DNA of 64,000 nt, from NCBI GenBank assembly GCA_046351515.1, contig JAXLYJ010000005.1, positions 242,892 through 306,891 on the forward strand, read 5' to 3'. Source of the stretch: Polyangiales bacterium (GTDB lineage: Bacteria > Myxococcota_A > Polyangia > Polyangiales > Ga0077539). Shown in pieces: positions 33,673-43,376 of the stretch (positions are counted from its first letter, which is position 1; every line of letters starts with the position of its first letter). The notes beneath the pieces are model-generated. The model had not been told where the DNA came from. It was given only the letters and a program-made list of their open reading frames with translations, and searched no databases. The translations under genes and the position numbers were made by a program.

Positions 33673-35484
33673 ATGCCGCAGTTCACGCTGCGCTCGTTCT
33701 TGATGGGCTCGGTGATCGGCGTGGTGATGGCCGCGTCGAACTTGTACGTGGGCTTGAAGACCGGCTGGGGATTGGGCGTCGCGATCACCGCGTGCATCTT
33801 GTCGTTCGCCGTCGGTCGCATGCTCCAAGCGGTGGGCGTGTTCAGCACGAACCTCTCGCTGCTCGAGAACAACGCGATGGCGTCGACCGCGTCGTCTGCC
33901 GGCTATTCAACGGGCGGAACGATGGTCTCGGCCATGTGCGCATACCTGCTCGTGAAGGGCTCGCACATGCCGTGGCCGCTGCTCATGGCGTGGACGTTCT
34001 TGCTCGCGGTGCTCGGGACGGTGATGGCGATCCCGATGAAGCGGCAGATGATCAACGTCGAGCAGCTGCAGTTTCCGAGCGGAACGGCCGCGGCAGAGAC
34101 GCTCCGCTCGCTCTACTCAGCGGGCGAAGAGTCCGCGAAGAAAGCGCGCTCGCTCTTCGGCGCGATGGGCCTCGGCGCGGTCGTCGCGTGGCTGCGCGAC
34201 GCGCACGCGGCGAGCGCGACCGGCGTGCTCGCGATCCTGACGAAGCTCTCGAAGATCCCCGCGACCTTCGGGATCCCCAAGCTCACGATCGCGGGGCAAC
34301 CCGCGCTGAGCTGGACGATCGGCTTCGAGGGCTCGCTGATCATGGTGGCCGCCGGCGCGATGATGGGCCTTCGAACGACCGCATCGATGCTCGTCGCTGC
34401 GCTCATCAACTACGGAGTGCTCGCGCCGAAGATCCACGCGATGGGCGGAATCACCCGGATTTCGTACCGCGGGATCGTCTCGTGGTCGCTGTGGCCTGGC
34501 GCGGCGTTGATGGTGACCTCGGGCTTGCTCACGTTCGCGTTTCAATGGCGAACGATCCTCCGCGCGTTCAGCGGCTTCGGCGCAAAGAAGCAGAAGGCAG
34601 GCGAGGGCGCGCCGTACCGCGAAGGCCAAGAAGAGACGGTGCAGGATCAGATGGCCGCCATCGAGGTTCCCAACCGCTGGTTCGCGGCGGGGATGCTCTT
34701 CGCGACGGTGGGGCTCGTCATCGTCGGTTGGTTCGGCTTCGGCATCGCGCCGTGGCTCTCGGTGCTCGCAGTGCTGCTCTCGTTTGTCCTCTCGATCGTG
34801 GCGTGCCGCGCGACGGGCGAGACCGACACGACCCCCGTCGGCGCGATGGGCAAGATCACGCAGCTCACCTACGGCGTGCTCGCGCCGGCCAACGTGACGA
34901 CCAACTTGCTGACGGCGAGCATCACCGCGGGAGCTGCTGGAAGCGCTGCAGATTTGCTCACGGATTTGAAGTCGGGCTACCTGCTCGGCGCCAACCCGCG
35001 CAAGCAGTTCCTCGCGCAGTTCTCGGGGACCTTCGTCGGGACGCTCGTGATCGTCCCGCTGTTCTATGTGCTCGTGCCCACGCCCGCGGCGCTCGGCGGC
35101 GATCGGTTTCCCGCGCCCGCCGCGCAGGTGTGGAAGGGCGTCGCCGAGGCGCTCTCCAACGGCGTTCACTCTCTGCATCCGACGGCGCGCTGGGGCATGC
35201 TCATCGGCGGGGTCATCGGCATCATTCTCCCGCTGCTCGAGCTGATGCTGCCCAAGTACAAGAAGTACCTGCCGAGCGCGATGGGCGTGGGCCTCGCCCT
35301 CGTGATCCCCGCGTGGAACTCGGTCAGCATGTTCATCGGCGCGCTGCTCGCGTACCTCTACGCCCGCGTCAACGAGAAGAACGCCGAGACGTACACGATC
35401 CCCGTCGCCTCTGGGATCATCGCCGGCGAGTCGCTGCTCGGCGTCGTCATCGCGCTCATGAGCGTCGCGCATTGGCTCGAGTAA
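33673..35484 (+). CDS. OPT-family oligopeptide transporter
   Basis: About 16 TM helices. OPT-family N-terminus …LRSFLMGSVIGVVMAASNLYVGLKTGW. ATG at 33673 with an AAGGAGA RBS. Confidence 0.8.
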   Translation: MPQFTLRSFLMGSVIGVVMAASNLYVGLKTGWGLGVAITACILSFAVGRMLQAVGVFSTNLSLLENNAMASTASSAGYSTGGTMVSAMCAYLLVKGSHMPWPLLMAWTFLLAVLGTVMAIPMKRQMINVEQLQFPSGTAAAETLRSLYSAGEESAKKARSLFGAMGLGAVVAWLRDAHAASATGVLAILTKLSKIPATFGIPKLTIAGQPALSWTIGFEGSLIMVAAGAMMGLRTTASMLVAALINYGVLAPKIHAMGGITRISYRGIVSWSLWPGAALMVTSGLLTFAFQWRTILRAFSGFGAKKQKAGEGAPYREGQEETVQDQMAAIEVPNRWFAAGMLFATVGLVIVGWFGFGIAPWLSVLAVLLSFVLSIVACRATGETDTTPVGAMGKITQLTYGVLAPANVTTNLLTASITAGAAGSAADLLTDLKSGYLLGANPRKQFLAQFSGTFVGTLVIVPLFYVLVPTPAALGGDRFPAPAAQVWKGVAEALSNGVHSLHPTARWGMLIGGVIGIILPLLELMLPKYKKYLPSAMGVGLALVIPAWNSVSMFIGALLAYLYARVNEKNAETYTIPVASGIIAGESLLGVVIALMSVAHWLE

Positions 35485-35496
35485 GAGTGCCCACGG

Positions 35497-35669
35497 ATCG
35501 CGCATCCCCGAACCACTGATTCCCGCGACGTCATGGTGGATGCTCACCGCATCAACGCATGCCGCGCCAGTGGTTCGGGGAGCTTCATCGCGCATCCCCG
35601 AACCACTGATTCCCGCGACGTCATGGTTGATGCTCACCGCATCAACGCATGCCGCGCCAGTGGTTCGGG
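35497..35669. repeat. Two tandem copies (period 89 bp) of a ~84-bp palindromic element with 13-bp terminal inverted repeats CCCCGAACCACTG…CAGTGGTTCGGGG
   Basis: Copies at 35497-35580 and 35586-35669 differ at one base (g/t). Nested inner palindromes are TGATGC…GCATCA, GACGTC and GCATGC. Confidence 0.75.
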
Positions 35670-35710
35670 GATGCGGTGGGAGCCCGCGCGTTGCTACGCT
35701 CCGCGCCCTC

Positions 35711-37258
35711 ATGCACAGCATCCCCGCGCTCGTCGGAATCCCGCTCGACTCTCTCACCGCTGAAGCGCCCGCGTACGACGCCCTCGTCGTCGTGAGCGCG
35801 AGCCCCGTGGGCGACTATCTCAGCAAGCTCGCGCTGCCCGGCGCCGCGCGCTCGGTGATCGAGTCCGTGCTCGCCGCCGATCGCTCCTTCGCGCGCGCAG
35901 CGCAGGCGCCCGCGGTGTTTCCTGCGCCCGGAGTGCCGGGTGAGCGCCTCGTGCTCGCCACGTGCAACACGCTCCGCGAGGACGTCGACGACGTTCGTGT
36001 GATCGCAGAAACCGTCACCGCGGCGATCCATCGCGCTGTCTCCGCGGGCGCTCGCAAGCCGCTCGTCACCGTCGCGACGCCGGATGAGCCCAAGTTCGCG
36101 CGCGCGCTCGACGTCGCCGCGCTCGCCGCGCTCGCGTCGCAGTGGCACGCGCTCGAGGCGCGCGAGGCCAACAAGGTCGGCCCGTGCGCGGACACCATCG
36201 CGATCGCTGGCCTCGACGCCCAGCGCGCAACGCGGCTGCGCGCGATCGAGCTCGGCCGCGCGCTCGGCAGAGACATCACGGGCACCGAGCCCGAACGCAT
36301 GGCGCCGATGCGCGCCGCGCAGCTGTGCGAGAGCTCTTTCGCGGGCACGGGCGTGCGCGTGAAGGTGCTCACCGACACGAGCGCGTACCCGCTGCTCAGC
36401 GCCGTCGCGCGCGCCTCCAACGTCGTCGAGCGTCACCGTCCGTGCGTGATCGAGCTCGAGTACGTGCCCGAAGGAGGCCGCTTCGAGCGCACGATCTACC
36501 TCGCCGGAAAGGGCCTCACCTACGACACCGGCGGCGCGGATCTGAAGGTCAACGGCGCGATGGCGGGGATGTCCCGTGACAAGGGCGGCGCCGGCGCGGT
36601 CGCCGCGTTCGTGCGCGCGTGCGCCGCGAGCAAGCTCGAGGGCGTGCGCGTCGTCGCGCTGCTCGGCATGGTGCGCAACTCGATCGGCGAAGAGTCGTTC
36701 GTGAGCGACGAGGTGATCACCTCGCACGCGGGCGTTCGCGTTCGCATCGGAAATACCGACGCAGAAGGTCGCCTCGTCCTCGCGGACCTGCTCTCGGATT
36801 TGCGCACGCGCGCCATCGCCGACGGCGGAGAGAGCGTGATCGCATCGATGGCTACACTGACTGGCCATGTCATCCGCGCCTTCGGTCCGTACGTCGGCGC
36901 GATCGAGAACAAAGCGTCTCGCGACAAGGGCGTGATCGCCGCCCTGGTCGAGTGCGGAGAGCGCTGGGGAGAGCCCTTCGAGTGGACGCGTGTCCGTCGC
37001 GAGGACTACGCGTTTTGCGCGGCAAAATCCAACGCAGAAGATTTGGTGTCCAGTAATCGACTCGCGAGCGTCGACACGATGCGAGGCCACCAGGGGCCGT
37101 TCGCGTTTCTCGACGTGGCGAGCGGGATCAAGGGCAGCGGGCTGCCGTACGTGCACCTCGATATCGGTGGAGCTGCGTTCACTCCCCTCGATTGGCAGTT
37201 CGGTCGTCCGACGAGCGCGCCGAGCGTCGCGATGCTCGCGTGGTGCGCCGGCGAGTGA
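35711..37258 (+). CDS. pepA: Leucyl aminopeptidase (M17 family)
   Basis: M17 signature NTDAEGRLVLADLL, metal ligands in …GKGLTYDTGGADLK…, and full collinearity. ATG at 35711. The upstream part of the 35540 ORF lies inside the repeat and is an artefact. Confidence 0.8.
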   Translation: MHSIPALVGIPLDSLTAEAPAYDALVVVSASPVGDYLSKLALPGAARSVIESVLAADRSFARAAQAPAVFPAPGVPGERLVLATCNTLREDVDDVRVIAETVTAAIHRAVSAGARKPLVTVATPDEPKFARALDVAALAALASQWHALEAREANKVGPCADTIAIAGLDAQRATRLRAIELGRALGRDITGTEPERMAPMRAAQLCESSFAGTGVRVKVLTDTSAYPLLSAVARASNVVERHRPCVIELEYVPEGGRFERTIYLAGKGLTYDTGGADLKVNGAMAGMSRDKGGAGAVAAFVRACAASKLEGVRVVALLGMVRNSIGEESFVSDEVITSHAGVRVRIGNTDAEGRLVLADLLSDLRTRAIADGGESVIASMATLTGHVIRAFGPYVGAIENKASRDKGVIAALVECGERWGEPFEWTRVRREDYAFCAAKSNAEDLVSSNRLASVDTMRGHQGPFAFLDVASGIKGSGLPYVHLDIGGAAFTPLDWQFGRPTSAPSVAMLAWCAGE

Positions 37259-37280
37259 GATCCGCGGTACAGTGAGCGGT

Positions 37281-37994
37281 ATGAAGCTCACAGCAGTCAT
37301 GGTGTTCGTCGCGATGGGGCTGCGCGTCTGCGGACAGTCGCCGCGACAGCCGACGGTCACCGAAGCTCCGCGCACTGAGCAAGTCCCCGCTGGGGCGACG
37401 ATGGGCGTCGCGGTCTCGGCCGCGCTCACCACCAACGTCTCTGCGCAGCCAGACGGAACGCTCATCGCTGAAGTTCGCGACCCTGCGGGCGAGCCCGTTC
37501 GCGCGCACGCGATCACCGTCGAGATCCGTCGCCCCGACGAAGATCCGGTCCCCGTCGTGATGACCTACGACGAGCCGCAGCACCGCTACGTCGGTCACAT
37601 CGCTGGCGTCAACGCGGGCAGCTATCCCGTGCAAGTCACCGTGCAAGCGACGCCCACCGCGCAGCCGGTCGAGATCGTCTCGCCTGCGATCACCGTGGTG
37701 ACGCCCACCGTCGCAGTGGTCGCGCCCACGACGACCGTTGTCGCGCCCACGACGACGGTCGTCGCCCCCACGACCACCGTGGTCGCGCCGCGCGTCGAAG
37801 TCGAGCGGCCTGCGGTGGCGGTCGTCGCGCCGTCCGTTCAAGTGACGGTCCCGTCGGTGGTCGTCACGCCGGTGGTGCCCGGAGTCGTCGTCGTCGGAGA
37901 TGACGATCACCACGATCACGGACGGCACCGCGGACACTGGCGCGGGCACGGTCGCGGTCGCGGTCGCGGCGTGTTCTTCGGCGTATTTCACTGA
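37281..37994 (+). CDS. Secreted repetitive protein with (VVAPTTT)n repeats and His/Arg/Gly-rich C-terminus
   Basis: Signal peptide MKLTAVMVFVAMGLRVCG. Three to four tandem 21-bp repeats at 37717-37790. C-terminal DDHHDHGRHRGHWRGHGRGRGRG. Confidence 0.45.
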   Translation: MKLTAVMVFVAMGLRVCGQSPRQPTVTEAPRTEQVPAGATMGVAVSAALTTNVSAQPDGTLIAEVRDPAGEPVRAHAITVEIRRPDEDPVPVVMTYDEPQHRYVGHIAGVNAGSYPVQVTVQATPTAQPVEIVSPAITVVTPTVAVVAPTTTVVAPTTTVVAPTTTVVAPRVEVERPAVAVVAPSVQVTVPSVVVTPVVPGVVVVGDDDHHDHGRHRGHWRGHGRGRGRGVFFGVFH

Positions 37995-38003
37995 GGAAAT
38001 CTC

Positions 38004-39965
38004 TTGTCCACTGGATCGTCTCCGCCCGATCGTGACGCGCCTACGGTCGCGCCGAGGGCGCTCGCGCCGACGCCCGTGGCGACAGAGCCTGTCGCCGCTG
38101 CGTCTGCGCCACCCGCAGAGCCAGACCCGCTCGTCGGCTCGATCGTCGCGTCGCGCTTTCGGATCGCTCAACGCATCGGCGAGGGCGGAATGGGCGCGGT
38201 CTACCTCGCCGAGCACGTCGCGCTCGGCAAGAAGGTCGCGATCAAGATCCTGCATGCTGAGATGCACTCCAACCCCGAGGTGCGCGCGCGCTTCGAGCGC
38301 GAAGCGATGGCGATGGCGCGGCTCGAGCACGAGAACATCGTCGCGGCGACGGACTTCGGGCAGCTCGAAGACGGAGCGTTCTTTCTCGCGATGGAGTTCA
38401 TCGAGGGGCAGTCGCTTCGCGATCTGCTCGCGACGAGCAGCCGCCTCGCGGTGCTTCGCGCCCTGAAAATCCTGCGACAGATCTCGTCGGCGCTCACGCG
38501 CGCGCACTCGCTGAGCATCGTGCACCGAGACCTCAAGCCCGAGAACATCTTGATCGTTCACCGGCCCGGCTCAGAAGAGGTCGTGAAGATCATCGACTTC
38601 GGCATCGCGCGCTTCACGAGCGGCGACGGCGAGCGGCCGCTCACACAAACCGGCGTGATCTTCGGAACGCCGCACTACATGGCCCCCGAGCAAGCCCTCG
38701 GACGCAGAGTCGACGCCGCGGCCGATCAGTACGCGTTCGGCGTCCTCGCGTTCGAGTTGCTCACCGGCCGCAAGCCCTTCGACCACAAGAACCTCCTCGA
38801 GCTGCTCGACCTTCAGGTGAACGGAGCGATCCCGCGCGCCACCTCCGTCGCCTCGGACCTCCCCCCGTCGATCGACGCCGTGTTCGATCGGCTCTTGGCC
38901 AAGAGCCCGATCGAGCGATTCGCCTCCGTCGCAGAGGCCATGGACGCGATCGACGAGACGCTCGCGCCCATCCTCGCGGGCCCGTCGCAGTTCGGCTTCG
39001 TCGCCACGCAGCCAGCGACCGGCGCGAGCTACGCGCAGACCTCGCACGACAAGACCATGCTCGCGTCGCACGCCGCCCTCGACGCGCCGACGGTCTCGAA
39101 TACTGCTCCCACTATTCAAGATCAGCTCCAGGCCTCCGCTCCTGCCGCGGTCGCGCCGAGCGCGCCTGCGCCGCCGATCCTCGGGCTGCCGATCGTTCGG
39201 CTCGGGCGCTTGGGAGACGTGCCCGTCGCGGTGATCATCCTCGTCTCGCTCACCAGCGTCGTGATGATCGGCGCCTCGATCGCGTCGGGCCCCGCGCGTC
39301 CGCGCCGTCGCTCGTCGCCAAACGCTGCGGTCAGCGAGCGGATCGCTGCGGTGCGCGCGCAGTCCGACGTCCGCTCGGCGCTCGCGCTCGCGGCGCACGG
39401 CGACGTTCAGTCCGCGATCGCCTCGATCCGCGCCAAGCGCGCGGCCAACCCCAACTCTGACGACGACGCGATCCTCGCGATGCAGCTCGGAATGCTGCTC
39501 GCGTCCGACCGCCAGGCGCTCGCCGCGGTCGGCGCCTTCGCCGACGCGACCTCGCGCGATCCTGCGCTGGTCGAGGACGAGTCGCTCGTGCGCACGATGC
39601 TGCGGCTGCTCGATGATCCGTCCGCGCAGAGCAGCGCCGAGACGCTGCTGCGCGCCGGATCGTTCGCGCGATCGCGCGCCGCGGCGCGGCTGCTCGCAGA
39701 AGAAACCGTGTACGGTCGGAGCCAAGAGGCTCGCCGCAGGGCAGGGCGACTGGCTCGTGAGCGGCTCGCGTTGCTCGAGCCCGCGAGCCGCGCCCGCGTG
39801 GTGCTTCGAACGAGCGACCGCTGCGACGAGTTGCAGAGCGTCCTCTCGCAGAGCGCCGCGCTCGCGCAGACGCCCGCGGGCGACGACATCCAGCGACTGC
39901 GCTCGGGGCAGTGCGCGATGCTCTCGCGACGGCAGCTCTGTCAGTGCGTGACAGAACGAAACTGA
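38004..39965 (+). CDS. Ser/Thr protein kinase with TM segment and C-terminal helical (TPR-like) domain
   Basis: Kinase motifs VAIKIL, HRDLKPENIL, DFG, GTPHYMAPEQ. TM segment VPVAVIILVSLTSVVMIGASIA. Confidence 0.8.
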   Translation: MSTGSSPPDRDAPTVAPRALAPTPVATEPVAAASAPPAEPDPLVGSIVASRFRIAQRIGEGGMGAVYLAEHVALGKKVAIKILHAEMHSNPEVRARFEREAMAMARLEHENIVAATDFGQLEDGAFFLAMEFIEGQSLRDLLATSSRLAVLRALKILRQISSALTRAHSLSIVHRDLKPENILIVHRPGSEEVVKIIDFGIARFTSGDGERPLTQTGVIFGTPHYMAPEQALGRRVDAAADQYAFGVLAFELLTGRKPFDHKNLLELLDLQVNGAIPRATSVASDLPPSIDAVFDRLLAKSPIERFASVAEAMDAIDETLAPILAGPSQFGFVATQPATGASYAQTSHDKTMLASHAALDAPTVSNTAPTIQDQLQASAPAAVAPSAPAPPILGLPIVRLGRLGDVPVAVIILVSLTSVVMIGASIASGPARPRRRSSPNAAVSERIAAVRAQSDVRSALALAAHGDVQSAIASIRAKRAANPNSDDDAILAMQLGMLLASDRQALAAVGAFADATSRDPALVEDESLVRTMLRLLDDPSAQSSAETLLRAGSFARSRAAARLLAEETVYGRSQEARRRAGRLARERLALLEPASRARVVLRTSDRCDELQSVLSQSAALAQTPAGDDIQRLRSGQCAMLSRRQLCQCVTERN

Positions 39966-40450
39966 GCTGCCTCGCGCCACGGAGCGAGGTGCATCGGCCC
40001 TTCGCCGTGGCGGTGTCGGTAGAGGTTGCTCGCGAACGAGAACACGATCAGCGCGAGGATGAGCGAGCCCGCGAACTTTCGTGACCGCGCGTCGCTCCAG
40101 AACTCGCTGACGATCGCGCGTCCGGTCACCAGTTGAACGACGTACGCGAGCCCGTGCGCGAGCACGATCGCGAAGGCGAGCGGTGAGCCGAGGTTCGCGC
40201 GCAGCGCATAGGCGAGATCGCCGTGGAGAATCCCTGCAAACGCGCGGGTCATCCCGCACGTCCCGCAAGGGGCCGAGAAGACGAGCCGCGAGGGGCACAG
40301 CGCGGGACCGCTCGTCGCGATCCCCACGTACGCGAGCGCAAATGCAGCGAGGCCGCCCGCGAGGACGACCGCCGCGCGGACGCGGTTCGATCGTGTGCTC
40401 ACTGGGGCGGCCTCGTTCGCGACGCTCATCGCTGAGCGACGGCGTAGCAA
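39941..40450 (-). CDS. DUF2752-family membrane protein
   Basis: CPSRLVFSAPCGTCGMTRAF motif and about 4 TM helices. It is adjacent to a TM2-domain gene, a common pairing. Confidence 0.6.
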   Translation of the reverse strand: MLRRRSAMSVANEAAPVSTRSNRVRAAVVLAGGLAAFALAYVGIATSGPALCPSRLVFSAPCGTCGMTRAFAGILHGDLAYALRANLGSPLAFAIVLAHGLAYVVQLVTGRAIVSEFWSDARSRKFAGSLILALIVFSFASNLYRHRHGEGPMHLAPWREAAQFRSVTH

Positions 40451-40451
40451 A

Positions 40452-41291
40452 TCACTCGGGCAAGAGCGAGTTGCCTTGGGCGTCCTTCATCTTGCCCATG
40501 CCGATCATCACGTAGTCGTAGATGTACCAGAGCCCGCAGCCTCCACCGGTCAAGAGCTTGGCGATGCCGAGCCCGTTCTGGCCGAGGTAGAAGCGATCGA
40601 GCCCGAAGAAGCCGCCGAGCCACGAGAGCAAGAACGCCGTGGACTGGCTGCGCGTCGGCGTTCCGACGATCGGCTCGGTGCGAAGCGGGCGGCCCTGCGC
40701 GTCGCGCATCTTGCCCATCGCGATCATCACGAGGTCATAGATGGCCCAGAGCCCGCAGCCTCCACCGGTCAAGAGCTTGGCGACGCCGAGCCCCGTCTGA
40801 CCGAGGTAGAAGCGGTCCGCGCCCATCGTGCCCAGAAACGCCGCGAGCAAGAACGCGGTGCCCTGGTCCTTATCGCTCACGCCGCCCGGGCTCATCATGC
40901 CCGGAGCGCCGAAGCCGCCGCCCGCAGGAACCATTCCCATGTTTCCCTGCGGAGCGCCGAACCCCGGCTGCGGCGGAGCTCCAAAAGCCCCAGGCGCCGG
41001 AGCGCCGAAGCCACCCTGCGGAGCGCCGAATCCCGGCTGCGCCGGAGGCGGAGCGCCGAACCCTCCACCCGCGGGGGGCGGAGCGCCGAAGCCACCTTGC
41101 GCGGGCGGGGGAGCGCCGAATCCTCCCTGCTGTGGCGGTTGCCCGAAGCCACCCTGCGCGGGCGGCTGTCCGAAGCCGCCCTGCGCCGGAGGTTGTCCAC
41201 CAGGAGGCGGCCATCCACCTTGTCCGCCGCCGCCGCCACCGCCAGGCGGCCAGCCTCCGCCACCCTGACCACCGTTCGGATCGAATCCCAT
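40452..41291 (-). CDS. Gly/Pro-rich low-complexity protein with two C-terminal TM2 domains
   Basis: About 150 aa of (GGFGAPP)n-type repeats, then two DRFYLGQ.GLG.AKLLTGGGCGLW.IYD.VMI modules. ATG at 41289-41291 (complement) with a GGAGGAAG RBS. Confidence 0.7.
   Translation of the reverse strand: MGFDPNGGQGGGGWPPGGGGGGGQGGWPPPGGQPPAQGGFGQPPAQGGFGQPPQQGGFGAPPPAQGGFGAPPPAGGGFGAPPPAQPGFGAPQGGFGAPAPGAFGAPPQPGFGAPQGNMGMVPAGGGFGAPGMMSPGGVSDKDQGTAFLLAAFLGTMGADRFYLGQTGLGVAKLLTGGGCGLWAIYDLVMIAMGKMRDAQGRPLRTEPIVGTPTRSQSTAFLLSWLGGFFGLDRFYLGQNGLGIAKLLTGGGCGLWYIYDYVMIGMGKMKDAQGNSLLPE
40840..41291 (-). repeat. Low-complexity GC-rich coding repeats encoding the Gly/Pro-rich region
   Basis: Reiterated ggagcgccgaa(g/c)cc… units are visible in the sequence. 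Confidence 0.5.
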
Positions 41292-41594
41292 CTCTCGTCT
41301 TCCTCCTGCACACGTGCGCGTGCGATTGCCCGCAAGAGCATCGCACGCATCGTCGATCTGACGCGCATGAATCACGCCGGAGCTCCAGCGTGATTTGCGC
41401 GCAGTCACCGCGCTCTCTCAACGCGGATCGTGAATGGAAGTATTGGTAGCACCTCGCTTCGCCGCCCGTCACCTTCGCGACAGTCATCCACCACCCGCGC
41501 GCAGGACGTTCTCTGTCCGCGCGTCGCTCGCGGGATTGCTCGATGGTCACAGTTGGCGCTGCGCGCGCGGGTCTGCCACGATGCCGCGCCATCT

Positions 41595-43361
41595 ATGACG
41601 GAACGAACCCCAAACGCTCCGCTCGATGGCGCGAGCGACGGCGTCGAGCTCTACATCCGCACGTACTACTCGCTGCTGCGGTCGACCGGTGAAGTCCGCG
41701 TTCGCGCGTTCGAAGAAGCGCACGCGTTCAGCGACTCGACGCTGCACCTCGGCGCGCGCGACACCGTGCCCGACGTGGCTGCGTTCGCGTACGCCGCCGC
41801 GCGGTTGCCCGCGTGCATGCCGCAGATCGAGCGCATCGTGCTCGGGCAGTCGCACGAGCAGTTCGAGCAGATCGGCCTCGAGGTGCGCGACTGGTCCGAG
41901 GTGCGAACGCGCGGTCGACGGCGCCCGTTGCGTCACGACGGCGCCACGATGCTCGCGGTGTTTCTCACGAGCACCAGCGACCTGGACGACCTCATCCCCA
42001 TCGTGACCGCGTATCAGATCGAGTGGAACAAGCTGCACAACCGCCTCGCGCACAGCTCGCTCGGCCGCGCCATCGCGCGCACGCCCGCGGACGAGAGCAT
42101 CGAGATCGATGACGCGGAGCTCTCGGCGCTGCTCGGCCTCGACGCGAGCGGGATCGCCACCATGCGCGCCGCCCTCGGCGAGCACCTCGACCACGGGCTG
42201 CGCGCGATCGTCTCGCGCGAGAGCGACCTGCGCCTGCGGGTGCTCTCGACGACGTACACGGGCTATCAACGCGCGGCGCACCGTTGGTTCTCGGGCATCG
42301 AGCCGGCGTACGTGCGCGAGTCGTACCCCAAGCGCCCGCCGATCTACTTCGTCTCTTCGAACACGCACTCGGTGCTCAACCTCGTCGGCGGCTACGCGCG
42401 CGCGCACCGCGACTCGATCGTCGAGTTCGCGCGCAAGAAGAACCCCGAGCGCCTCGCCGAGGTCGTCGAGCAAGCGCTCGCAGGCGAAGACGAAGACACG
42501 CTCTCCAACCTCTCGTACTACCTCTTGCGCTCGTGGCTGCACGAGACGTCGGACGTCGACGCGAAGAAGCTCTTGCAGCAAGTGCAGGAGTACGACGCAG
42601 AGTCCGGGGTGCGCACCGTTCCGAGCCCCGGAAAGGTCGACGTCAGCGCTCAGCTCATCGACCTCGCGCGGCTGCGGCCCGAGCGCGTGGACCCGCGGCT
42701 TCGCGTTCCGGGCGTCGAGCTGCTCGCGCAGAGCGACGCGGTGGTGCTCAACATCGATTACCCCCTCGGGATGGCCGCGTATCACTTGCTCACGCGGCTC
42801 ACGCAAGGCGCGAGCGAGCTGCTCGGCGTCTACGTCATGGGAAAGGCCGCGACGCTCAACGGTCGCGTCGGCGACGTGATGCTCTCGGACACGGTGTTCG
42901 ATGAGCACTCGGGCAATCGCTATCTCTTTCGCAACGCGTTCAACGCGACGGACCTCGAGCCCTTCATGCGCAGAGGAACGGTCCTCGACGGACAAAAGGC
43001 GCTCACCGTCCGCAGCGCGTTCTTGCAGAACCGCGACTACATGGGCCGCTACTATCGCGACGGATACACCGTCCTCGAAATGGAAGCCGGCCCGTACCTG
43101 AGCGCCGTGTTCGAGATGGCGTTTCCCGATCGCCACCCCGCTGACTCGATCGTGCACCTGTCCAACGCCGTGCCGTTCGAGCTCGGAATCCTGCACTACG
43201 CGTCGGACACGCCGTACTCCCGTAGGCAAGAGCTGCTCTCGAAATCGCTGAGCTACTTCGGCGTCGAGAGCACCTATGGCTGCGCCTCAGCGATCTTGCG
43301 ACGAATCTTCACGCGCGAGGTCGCGAGGATCCGCGCGCGCGAGCAGTCCGCGTCGCGCTGA
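41595..43361 (+). CDS. Nucleoside-phosphorylase-fold (PNP/UDP family, AMP-nucleosidase-like) protein with large N-terminal domain
   Basis: The C-terminal ~250 aa (…AVVLNIDYPLGMAAYHLL…GVYVMGKAATLNGRVGDVMLSD…EMEAGPYLSAV) resembles the PNP_UDP_1 fold. The N-terminal ~330 aa is unrecognised. ATG at 41595. Confidence 0.45.
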   Translation: MTERTPNAPLDGASDGVELYIRTYYSLLRSTGEVRVRAFEEAHAFSDSTLHLGARDTVPDVAAFAYAAARLPACMPQIERIVLGQSHEQFEQIGLEVRDWSEVRTRGRRRPLRHDGATMLAVFLTSTSDLDDLIPIVTAYQIEWNKLHNRLAHSSLGRAIARTPADESIEIDDAELSALLGLDASGIATMRAALGEHLDHGLRAIVSRESDLRLRVLSTTYTGYQRAAHRWFSGIEPAYVRESYPKRPPIYFVSSNTHSVLNLVGGYARAHRDSIVEFARKKNPERLAEVVEQALAGEDEDTLSNLSYYLLRSWLHETSDVDAKKLLQQVQEYDAESGVRTVPSPGKVDVSAQLIDLARLRPERVDPRLRVPGVELLAQSDAVVLNIDYPLGMAAYHLLTRLTQGASELLGVYVMGKAATLNGRVGDVMLSDTVFDEHSGNRYLFRNAFNATDLEPFMRRGTVLDGQKALTVRSAFLQNRDYMGRYYRDGYTVLEMEAGPYLSAVFEMAFPDRHPADSIVHLSNAVPFELGILHYASDTPYSRRQELLSKSLSYFGVESTYGCASAILRRIFTREVARIRAREQSASR

Positions 43362-43376
43362 GCTCGCCGCGCCGTC

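Noticed and set aside
35540-35710. N-terminal 57 codons of the pepA ORF as listed in the track
   Set aside because: They lie entirely inside the duplicated palindromic element, and the peptide is duplicated verbatim. The real pepA start is the ATG at 35711.
38571-40298. 575-aa minus-strand ORF antisense to the Ser/Thr kinase gene
   Set aside because: Arg/Asp-rich antisense shadow of a well-supported kinase gene.
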